From an uncultured Acidobacteriota bacterium (GTDB lineage Bacteria; Acidobacteriota; Polarisedimenticolia; Polarisedimenticolales; DASRJG01), in the NCBI GenBank assembly GCA_964647625.1, contig CAZYHZ010000012.1:1-64000 (forward strand): 64,000 bases of DNA, read 5' to 3'. Below the pieces are notes generated by a model. That model was not told where the DNA came from. It worked only from the letters and a program-made list of their open reading frames with translations, and did not search any database. Shown one piece after another: positions 25,118 through 33,400 of this stretch. Position numbers and translations under genes: made by a program. Position 1 is the stretch's first letter, and each line of letters starts with the position of its first letter.

Positions 25118-27355
25118 TCAGAACGAGTAGTTGAACAGGACTCGCGCCCACGTGAAGTCGTAGCCGGGAATCTGCGCGCCGAGGAACACGCTCTCGCTCG
25201 CGCCGCCGTCGAGAGCGCCCATCCACGGAATCATGACGTCGCGCTGGAAGTTGTCCTCGTTCCAGTTCTCGTGGGTCACGGCGAAGGTGAGACCCATCGA
25301 GGCGCGCATCTTCCACGTCACGCTCCCTTCGACGACGGTCAGGTCCGACCTGATGTCCGGGAACGATGTGGCGTCTCCACCGGGCGCTCCGCCGGGGTTG
25401 AACGACCCGGTTTGCCGTCCGGTCGCGTCGGTCTTGTTGGCGCGGAAGTCGAGAACGACCTTGCTCTTGGCCAGCAGCGCGGTGAGCCCGAGCCCGTAGT
25501 CGTGCGTCGTGTCGTCGGTGTCGATGAACCAGTCGTCCACCGCGTTTTCGATCTGCGCCAGGCGATAGCTCGACGCCATCGACCAACGGAACCGGTCCTG
25601 ACCGTAGTTGCCCGAGACCGTGACGCCCGAGCCGGCGTCCACGGCGAAGTCGACCGCCCAGCCGTCCGACTTGTCGGAGGTCCGGCCGAACGCGGTCGAA
25701 GGATAGTCGTCCTTGATCGTGTGAGCCTGCACCCCGAGATCGAGGCGCTCGACCGGGGTGAACGTCGCCATCAGGCTGTACTTGTCGCGGTCGCGGTTCG
25801 ACTGATCGAAGTTCTGCGTGCCCGCCGGATTGAACGGGGTTTCTTCGTCGTACGAGTCGTAACGGCGCTTTCCGTGGGCGTAAGCGATCCGGATGTTCCC
25901 CCAGGCGGCGGGAACCCAGCCGGCGGAGAGGTCGTAAAGATCTTCGTTGGTCGTCGGCGCGAAACGGAACTTCCGATCCCACGTCTCGCGCCCGGCGCCG
26001 GCCCCGAGCGTGAGCCCGTGTCCCGGACGGAATGCGACGCGGCCGCCGTACGAAAACGTCTTGTAAGCGAACGGTTCGGCGACGACCGCGGATCCCGCCA
26101 GCTCGACGTCCGCATTCACCCAGTCGGGCGTGAGGTACTCCGGCGTGTTGTTGTCGTAGTTGTACTCGTGCGCGAACGCCTCGAATGAAAACCAGCGCAG
26201 CGGCTGGCCGTTGAACCGGGCGTCCCAGCGCGTGATGTCGATCGACCCGTCGTAGGCGGTGACGGGATTCCCGTCCTTCAAGACGACGAGTGGCGTCGCC
26301 GGGACGATCGCGGAGTTCAGCGTGAACGGCAGGAACATCTCGTCCTGACGGTTCTGGCCGATGGAGTACTCGAAGCTCGCGCGCCCCCAGTCGGCGACGC
26401 GCACCCCGGCGTGCAGGTTGAGCCAGGCGGCGCGGCTGTCGGGCGGCGCCGACAGCATGAGCGTCGCGGCCGCAGCCGTCAGGTCGCCGAGTGAGGGCGT
26501 GCCGTCCGTGGATCGCAGCGGATTGTCCACGACGTACGCGTCGTGGAGCGTTCCGCTTCCGGTCTCGCTCGTCAGCCGGTTCGTGAACTGCGACCAGACC
26601 ACGGAGCCCCCGACGTCGAAGCGGTCGCGGGCGTAGTCGAGCCCCACCCGCGCCTCGCGGCTGATGAAGTCGGTCCGGCCGGCGAACTCGGAGACATCGG
26701 CGCCCACGGTGAAGTCCGTCGCCATCGACTGCGGGTGCGTGCCGTTCCGCTGCGCCTGCGTGAACCCCGCGTCGAACGTCAGACCCTGCACGGGCGTCCG
26801 CCAGGTGACGTCGCCCGACGCGGTGTCCCGGCGGCTGCGTAGATTCGGATACGATTGCGCGGCATCGAGAGCGGCCGAGAGGATCCCGCCGCGGGCAAAT
26901 CCGGGAGCGTTCTGGATGTCATCTCGGATCGGTTCCGGGAAGAGCATGCGTCCGCCACCCGCGGACGCGAACAGCGTCTTCGACGTGTTCGAGTACCAGT
27001 CCGGGATCTGATCGTAGCGGACGTGAGCGCGGAAGGCGCCGGGCTTGGCGACATCGAGATCCAGCCGTTGATCTTCTTGCAGCAAGTCGACGGCCGCCAG
27101 TCCGAACGTGACCCCCTTGGCCCCCGCGTCGAACGTCAACCTCTCGAGAAAGAATCCGTTCGGGATCTCGCGAAACTCTTGAGCCTTCGACGACTCGTTG
27201 AGATCGTCCACGGTCCCGAGCCCGATCGCGACGGTTCCTGCCGTCGACGGCGCGGGTGAGGGCGCGGGCGCCGGCTGGGGCGCATCCTCCGCGCGCGCGA
27301 CGATCGCAGCCGCTCCGACGATCAGGGCGAAGAGCCGGCGGCGCGTCTTCATCAT
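25118..27355 (-). CDS. MtrB/PioB/MtoB-family outer-membrane beta-barrel (porin partner of decaheme cytochrome)
   Basis: 745 aa with a signal peptide and Gly/aromatic-rich beta-strand periodicity. The C-terminus is ...VLFNYSF. It lies immediately downstream of the decaheme cytochrome gene. Confidence 0.8.
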   Translation of the reverse strand: MMKTRRRLFALIVGAAAIVARAEDAPQPAPAPSPAPSTAGTVAIGLGTVDDLNESSKAQEFREIPNGFFLERLTFDAGAKGVTFGLAAVDLLQEDQRLDLDVAKPGAFRAHVRYDQIPDWYSNTSKTLFASAGGGRMLFPEPIRDDIQNAPGFARGGILSAALDAAQSYPNLRSRRDTASGDVTWRTPVQGLTFDAGFTQAQRNGTHPQSMATDFTVGADVSEFAGRTDFISREARVGLDYARDRFDVGGSVVWSQFTNRLTSETGSGTLHDAYVVDNPLRSTDGTPSLGDLTAAAATLMLSAPPDSRAAWLNLHAGVRVADWGRASFEYSIGQNRQDEMFLPFTLNSAIVPATPLVVLKDGNPVTAYDGSIDITRWDARFNGQPLRWFSFEAFAHEYNYDNNTPEYLTPDWVNADVELAGSAVVAEPFAYKTFSYGGRVAFRPGHGLTLGAGAGRETWDRKFRFAPTTNEDLYDLSAGWVPAAWGNIRIAYAHGKRRYDSYDEETPFNPAGTQNFDQSNRDRDKYSLMATFTPVERLDLGVQAHTIKDDYPSTAFGRTSDKSDGWAVDFAVDAGSGVTVSGNYGQDRFRWSMASSYRLAQIENAVDDWFIDTDDTTHDYGLGLTALLAKSKVVLDFRANKTDATGRQTGSFNPGGAPGGDATSFPDIRSDLTVVEGSVTWKMRASMGLTFAVTHENWNEDNFQRDVMIPWMGALDGGASESVFLGAQIPGYDFTWARVLFNYSF

Positions 27356-27364
27356 CGCCCTCCG

Positions 27365-28222
27365 CTACCGCATCAACCGGCTGCCGCTCGGGTGATTCGA
27401 TCCGTGGATCGCCGGATGGCAGTTGATGCAGGCCCGATTGAAGACGAATCGGGACTGCGCGGTTTGGGGGATCGTCGGGTGCAAGTACCCGATATGGCAG
27501 CTCTGGCACAGCCGCGGCGCGGCGGCGACGAGCAGGTTGTCGTGAAGCGACCCGTGCGGGTCATGACAGTTCAGGCAGTTCTCCCGCACGGGAGGATGCT
27601 CGAAGAGGTTCGGCCCCCGTTTCTCGTCGTGGCAGCGGACGCAGTTGTCGTTGACCGACGCGTCGACGAGAAGCGCACGAGTCGAGGTGCCGTGCGGGTT
27701 GTGGCAGTCGGTGCACTGGAGCTTGCTCTCCCGAAGCGGCATGTGGCTCGACATCATCGTTCGCGTGCGCTGCATCTTGTGGCAGGTGAAGCAAACGTCG
27801 GATTGATCGGGCCGCTTCAAGAGGCCGGCGTTCCGTCCGTGCTCGTTGTGGATGGCGTGGCACGACAGGCACGACACGTCGTTTCGCTCGTGGACGGATC
27901 CCATCCACCCGCGGACGTGCGCTTGGTTGTGGCAGGCGAGGCACGTCTTGGCGCTCGCCTTCGCGTCGAGCTTCGCGGGATTGACGATCTTCGACGCCTC
28001 GCCGCCGCCGTCGACGTGCGCCTTCCCCGGGCCGTGGCACGACTCGCAATCGGGGACTCCGGGATGGTCCGCGAAGTGGCGAAGCGACTGCGCTTGGACG
28101 TCGTGACAGGTGACGCAGACATCGGCGCCGACGCGAGCGTTCGGGTCGGGACTCTCCGCAAACGCCGGCGCGGCCAGCAGCAGCGCGACGATTCCGGCGA
28201 TGACGAGCGGCCGACGCGTCAC
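27365..28222 (-). CDS. Decaheme c-type cytochrome (MtrA/PioA/MtoA/DmsE family)
   Basis: GTG start with a signal peptide. Ten CxxCH motifs are spread through the 285-aa protein: CVTCH, CESCH, CLACH, CLSCH, CFTCH, CTDCH, CVRCH, CLNCH, CQSCH and CINCH. Confidence 0.9.
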   Translation of the reverse strand: MTRRPLVIAGIVALLLAAPAFAESPDPNARVGADVCVTCHDVQAQSLRHFADHPGVPDCESCHGPGKAHVDGGGEASKIVNPAKLDAKASAKTCLACHNQAHVRGWMGSVHERNDVSCLSCHAIHNEHGRNAGLLKRPDQSDVCFTCHKMQRTRTMMSSHMPLRESKLQCTDCHNPHGTSTRALLVDASVNDNCVRCHDEKRGPNLFEHPPVRENCLNCHDPHGSLHDNLLVAAAPRLCQSCHIGYLHPTIPQTAQSRFVFNRACINCHPAIHGSNHPSGSRLMR

Positions 28223-28288
28223 GAAGCGTCCCCCGGATCCGGCTTTAATACCACCGGCGTCGCGAAAATCAAGAACGTTCTTCGTGGG

Positions 28289-28726
28289 CTACTCGACCAG
28301 CAGCTCACCGCCCCATTCGGCCGGATCGGAGTCGAAGATCGTCTCCGACAGCGTCCAGGGGTGTCCCCACGGGTCGACGAACGAGCACTGGCGCTCGCCG
28401 TACATGTGATCGGTGGGCTCGGCGAGGACGCGCGCACCCGCGGCCTTGGCGCGATCGAAGAGGCTGTCGATGCTCGTCACGCGAAGCATGACGACGTGCG
28501 CCCCCGCAGCCTGCAGCGTCGAGGGATCGGCCTCGGCATGCCCGCCGGGGTTGGCGACGATGAGGGCGCCGCCACCGTGGACGAGCTGGCAGCGATGGTC
28601 GCCGATGCGGAGCCGCGCAACGAACGGCAGCGCCGTCGTGAGCCACTCGACCGCTTTTCGAACGTCGGAGTAGTAGAGCACGGGGATCACGGCGGTGTCG
28701 GGCGCGGCACGGTTCTTCTTGAGCAT
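28289..28726 (-). CDS. VOC-family (glyoxalase/bleomycin-resistance) protein
   Basis: ATG at 28726 overlaps the arsC stop (TGATG). A 145-aa VOC-fold protein. Confidence 0.8.
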   Translation of the reverse strand: MLKKNRAAPDTAVIPVLYYSDVRKAVEWLTTALPFVARLRIGDHRCQLVHGGGALIVANPGGHAEADPSTLQAAGAHVVMLRVTSIDSLFDRAKAAGARVLAEPTDHMYGERQCSFVDPWGHPWTLSETIFDSDPAEWGGELLVE

Positions 28727-29163
28727 CACCGGCCGCCTTTCTCCGCCAGCCAACGGTCGATGCGCGCCGAGATCTCGTCGCGCGCAGCTCGGAACGCGTC
28801 GAGCTTCGCTTCCTCCGTCCCCTCGAACGCCGCCGGGTTTTCGACCGGCCAGAAGTCGCGCGTGATGACGCCCGGGAAGACGGCCGGGCATTTCTCATTC
28901 GCGTCATCGCAGACGATGATGAGGTGCCGAACGGGCAAGCGCCCGAGGTAATCCTTGACGCTTTTCGGCCGCTGGCTCGAGATGTCGATCCCGATCTCGC
29001 GCATCGCGGCCACGGCGAGCGGGTGAACGGAGGGCGCCGGCTCGATCCCGGCGCTGTGAACTTCGAAGTCGGTTCCCGTCTTCTTCCGCATGAGGCCTTC
29101 CGCCATCTGGCTCCGGGCGGAGTTTCCCGTGCACAGGAACAAGACGATGTGATTGAGACTCAT
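28726..29163 (-). CDS. arsC: Arsenate reductase, LMW-PTP (thioredoxin-coupled) type
   Basis: CTGNSARS P-loop in HIVLFLCTGNSARSQMAEG, plus the downstream Cys pattern of this family. Confidence 0.9.
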   Translation of the reverse strand: MSLNHIVLFLCTGNSARSQMAEGLMRKKTGTDFEVHSAGIEPAPSVHPLAVAAMREIGIDISSQRPKSVKDYLGRLPVRHLIIVCDDANEKCPAVFPGVITRDFWPVENPAAFEGTEEAKLDAFRAARDEISARIDRWLAEKGGR

Positions 29164-29215
29164 GCGTCCTCCACAGTCGGTTGCGCTGATTCCATTATTC
29201 TACTACTATCGAAAT

Positions 29216-29599
29216 ATGAAATCCACGGCAGGCGCCAGAACAAGGGCGGATGCGACCGTTCGCTATGCGGAGATGTTCGCGGCCCTCGGAAACGAAAGCC
29301 GGCTCCGCATTCTCAGGGTGCTCCTGTCCGCCCATCCCGATGGAATGGTAGCCGGGGACATCCAGGCCGAGATCGACATCCCGCCTTCGACGCTGTCGCA
29401 CCACCTGGAAAAACTGAGGGTGGAAGGCCTCGCCACGGTGAAACGGGAGAGCACGTTCCTTCGCTACGCCGCGAACACCGAGGCCCTCCAGGAGCTGCTC
29501 GGCTTCCTCTTCGCCGAGTGCTGCTCGAGGAGCAAGGCCGTGAGCGCCGAATCGATCGTGAAGCTTTCCGAGATTCGAACCCACCGGAGGTCATCGTGA
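29216..29599 (+). CDS. arsR: ArsR/SmtB family metalloregulator
   Basis: ATG at 29216. A winged HTH (ESRLRILRVLLSAHPDGMVAGDIQAEIDIPPSTLSHHLEKL) and C-terminal Cys pair (ECC) are present. The stop overlaps the arsM start (GTGA). Confidence 0.9.
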   Translation: MKSTAGARTRADATVRYAEMFAALGNESRLRILRVLLSAHPDGMVAGDIQAEIDIPPSTLSHHLEKLRVEGLATVKRESTFLRYAANTEALQELLGFLFAECCSRSKAVSAESIVKLSEIRTHRRSS

Positions 29600-30444
29600 G
29601 CGGAGACCTCAAAAGCGCAGTCAAAAAGAAGTACGCCGAGGCGGCGACGCTCGCGGCTCAGGGCGAGGCGGCGTCGTGCTGCGGCGAGTCGTGCGGCTGC
29701 GCGAGCGACGCGCAGGCGATCGACCCCATCACCTCCAACCTTTATACCGACCACGAGAAAGACTCCGTCCCCGAAGGCGCGCTCCGCGCGTCGCTCGGCT
29801 GCGGCAACCCGACCGCTCTGGCGGAGCTGCATCCCGGCGAAATCGTCCTCGACCTCGGCTCGGGCGGCGGGATCGACGTCATCCTCTCCGCCCGCCGCGT
29901 CGGGCCGGCAGGAAAGGCCTACGGCCTCGACATGACCGACGAGATGCTGGCGCTCGCAAGGCGAAACCAGGCCGACGCGGGAGTCGAAAACGTCGAGTTC
30001 CTGAAAGGGGAGATCGAAGATATCCCCCTACCGGACGCCGCCGTCGACGTCGTCATCTCGAACTGTGTGATCAATCTATCGGCCGACAAGGACAAGGTGC
30101 TCCGCGAGGCGTTCCGCGTGCTCAAGCCCGGCGGCCGGTTCGCCGTGTCCGACGTCGTCGTTCAGGGCGAGGTGCCGGCCGACATCCGCCGAAGCGTCGA
30201 GCTTTGGGTCGGCTGCGTCGCCGGCGCGCTGGAAGAGAACGAGTACAAGGCCAAGCTCGAGCGCGCCGGGTTCGGATCGGTCTCATTCGAAGCAACCCGC
30301 GTCTACAAGCTCGAGGACGCCCGCGAATTCCTGTCGGCGCGCGGGATCGATGTGGTGGACGCCGCCCCGAAGGTCGAAGGCAAGTTCAGGAGCGCGTTCA
30401 TTCGCGCAGTGAAGCCGGGCCAACGCCCTCGCAGTATTACTTGA
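29596..30444 (+). CDS. arsM: Arsenite S-adenosylmethionine methyltransferase
   Basis: GTG at 29596, 5 nt after GGAGG. A Cys-rich N-terminus ([12 protein letters not shown]) and the SAM motif [12 protein letters not shown] are present, plus a conserved Cys in [10 protein letters not shown]. This is typical of ArsM. Confidence 0.9.
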   Translation: MSGDLKSAVKKKYAEAATLAAQGEAASCCGESCGCASDAQAIDPITSNLYTDHEKDSVPEGALRASLGCGNPTALAELHPGEIVLDLGSGGGIDVILSARRVGPAGKAYGLDMTDEMLALARRNQADAGVENVEFLKGEIEDIPLPDAAVDVVISNCVINLSADKDKVLREAFRVLKPGGRFAVSDVVVQGEVPADIRRSVELWVGCVAGALEENEYKAKLERAGFGSVSFEATRVYKLEDAREFLSARGIDVVDAAPKVEGKFRSAFIRAVKPGQRPRSIT

Positions 30445-33400
30445 TGATCGCAGTCACCTTGTACTGCCAGTTGTGACCGTCGTTCATGCTCGGGTCGTTC
30501 CAACCCGTCTGAGACTTGTTCAACTCCATCACCATCGTCCAGGCGAGGGTCTCCGGGTCCCGACGATACACATGGAATCGCGTGACGTTGACCGGCGCGC
30601 GTGGTGACGGCATCGACCAAGTGAGCTGGAGGTTGCCGTTTACCTTGTTCAGCTTCAAGTCGCCGACGTCGATTCCGGCGCTCTGCGAGATCTCCATCTC
30701 CGGATCGACATCCGAGTGATCCGCGACGGTGCCGTTCGCGCAAGCGCTGCCGGATCCGCACCCATCGACGTCCGAGTTGTACGTCCCGTTCACGCCGTCG
30801 CGCTGGTCGTTGGTGCCGCCGCGGGCGCCGTAGATCGTGCCGGCCGGCTGGTGAGTGCGATCGTTCCACACCGCGACATCGATCGGATTCGACGTCACGG
30901 CGTTGCCGCACGTATCGGTTGCAATCAAGGTCATCAGATAATCTCGGCCGATCGGGCTGCAGGCACCGTTTCTCTCCGCCCGTAGGTGAACCGCTCCCGG
31001 CTCGTAGACGCAGTCACGCGTCGAGTTGCCGTCGCCGGTCCCGTAGGCGTTTTCCGGCTGGCTCGAAGCGCAGCTCGCGAACGAGATCGACGCGATGCCG
31101 CACTGGGCCTGGGCTTGAGCGCCCGTGTCCTGCACGGTGAAATCAACGTAACCATGATTTGGCGGCCACAGGACGGGGCATGCGCCGAGCGAGGGCTGCG
31201 TCGTGAAAACCGGAGGCGTCAGGTTCGGCGCGTGATGGCAGCCCGTCGCCGGATCGCACGTGTCGGTCGTGCAGCAGTTGCCGTCATCGCAGCTGGTCGG
31301 GGCTCCGGGGCGACACGATCCGCCGCCGCAGACGTCTCCGGTTGTGCAGGCGTTGCCGTCATCACAGGGATTGGTGTTGTTGGTGTGAACGCAGCCGGAA
31401 GCCGGGTTGCAAGAGTCCGACGTACAAACATTGCCGTCGTCGCAGTTGGGCGCGGGTCCGCCGTGGCACGCTCCGCCGCCGCACGTGTCATTCGTCGTGC
31501 ACGCGTTGTCGTCGTCGCAAGAGTTCGAGTTGTTGGTGAAGACGCAGCCTGACGTCGGGTTACAGGAATCGGTGGTGCAGACGTTCCCGTCATCGCAGGC
31601 GTGTGGCGCGCCCGGATTGCAGCTGCCGCCACCGCAAGTGTCGTTGTCCGTGCAGACGTTGCCGTCGTCACAGGGGTTCGTGTTGTTCGCGTGGACGCAG
31701 CCGGAAGTCGGGCTGCACGTATCGGTCGTGCAGACGTTGCCGTCGTCACAGTTGGGCGCAGGTCCGCCGTGGCACGTTCCGCCGCTGCAGACGTCGCCGG
31801 TGGTACAGGCGTTGCCGTCATTGCACGGACTCGTGTTGTTGGCATGGACGCAGCCCGAAGCCGGATTGCAGCTGTCGTCCGTGCACGGGTTCGCGTCATC
31901 GCAGTTGGGCGCAGGTCCACCGTTGCAGGCTCCGCCGCCGCAGCTGTCGTTCGTGGTGCAGGCGTTGCCATCGTCGCACGCGTTCGTGTTGTTTGCGTGA
32001 ACGCAGCCCGAGGTCGGGCTGCATGAGTCGGTGGTGCAGATGTTGCCATCATCGCAATTGGGTGCGGCGCCGCCATGGCAGCTCCCGCCGCCGCAGACGT
32101 CTCCAGTGGTGCAGGCGTTGCCGTCGCTGCACGGGTTCGTGTTGTTGACGTGGACGCAACCCGAAGACGGATTGCAGCTGTCCGTCGTACAAGGATTGCC
32201 GTCGTCGCAGTTGAGCGCAGGCCCACCGTTGCAGGCTCCGCCGCCACAGGTATCGCTCGTTGTGCAGGGATTGCCATCACTACACGGGGCGTCGTTGTAA
32301 ACATGGACGCAGCCCACGGATGGATCGCACGAATCGTCGGTGCAGACGTCGCCGTCGTCGCAGAGTCGCCTCGGGCCAGACTGACAGCTTCCGTTCAGGC
32401 AACTGTCGATCGTGGTGCAGGCGTTGCCGTCGTCGCAGGGATCGGTGTTGTTGACGTGTACGCAGCCCAAATACCGGAGACACAAGTCGGTCGTGCAAGC
32501 GTTGCCGTCGTCGCAGGAGGGCGTGTTGTCGACGTGGACGCACCCCGTGGCCGGGTCGCAGGAATCATCTGTGCACAAATTGCTGTCATCGCAGTTTCGC
32601 GGAGGGCCGCTGTGGCAGGTTCCGGCAGCGCAGGTGTCGTTCGCCGTGCACGCATCGCCGTCATCGCAAGGGGCGGCGTTGTAGGCGTGAGAGCAGCCCG
32701 AGATTCCGTTGCAGACGTCGTCGGTGCAGACATTGCCGTCTGAACAAAGTAGGCTGCCGTTGTCATCTATATTGCCATTGCAATCGTCGTCGATGCCGTT
32801 GCAGGTTTCCGGCACTCCCGGGTGGACCGAACGGTTCGTGTCGTTACAGTCGGCACCGTTCGTCACATACCCCGCGGGAATGATCCCGTCGCAAGCCTCA
32901 ACCGAATCTCCTGAGGTCCCGTAGCCATCTCCATCAGCGTCGCGGTAGCCAATCACGCCGTTCGGACAGGCGCAGTAGATTCCTCCCGTCGGAGTGAGCG
33001 TGTCTGCTCCCCAGACGATCATTTGTGTTCCCGTCCAAACCGCGGTGTGCCCATAGCGCGGCCCGGGAAGGCCCGCGCCCACGGAGGTGGCCGTCCAGGT
33101 ATCCGTTGATGGGTTGTAACGGCCGCCCGTGTTGAATTGGTAAGGGGAGAAGTTAATGTTGTACCCGCCCCAGACGATCATCTCGGTCCCCGTCCAGACC
33201 GCACAGTGGGCGTAGCGTGAGACGGGATCATTCGGTCCGGTCGATGTGGATGTCCACGTGTCCGCTGATGGGTCGTAGCAGCCACCGGTGTTGAAGAATA
33301 CGTGGCTGGTGCCCACGAGCCCACCGTATCCGCCCCAGATAACCATCCGTGTCCCCGTCCAGACCGCGGTTTGGTATGCGCGTTTCTCGGGGGCGTTGAC

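Noticed and set aside
6030-27000. Further shadow ORFs (6030..6917 -, 6419.. extension, 7111..9474 +, 7367..9232 -, 10308..11960 +, 12246..13520 -, 13462..14301 +, 13624..14499 -, 16176..17198 +, 16243..16929 -, 17994..19199 -, 20433..21752 +, 20752..22179 -, 22513..23847 +, 25271..26188 +)
   Set aside because: Same reasoning. Each lies entirely within a gene with clear family signatures on another frame. The repeat-protein regions leave all six frames open.
28289-28726. VOC protein after arsC as a possible ArsI C-As lyase
   Set aside because: It lacks the vicinal Cys-Cys pair and the spacing expected for ArsI. It is called a generic glyoxalase-family protein.
29560-29585. tRNA-like TTCGAACC motif
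   Set aside because: It lies inside the arsR coding sequence with no cloverleaf context. No tRNA, rRNA or CRISPR repeats were recognisable anywhere in the window by eye.
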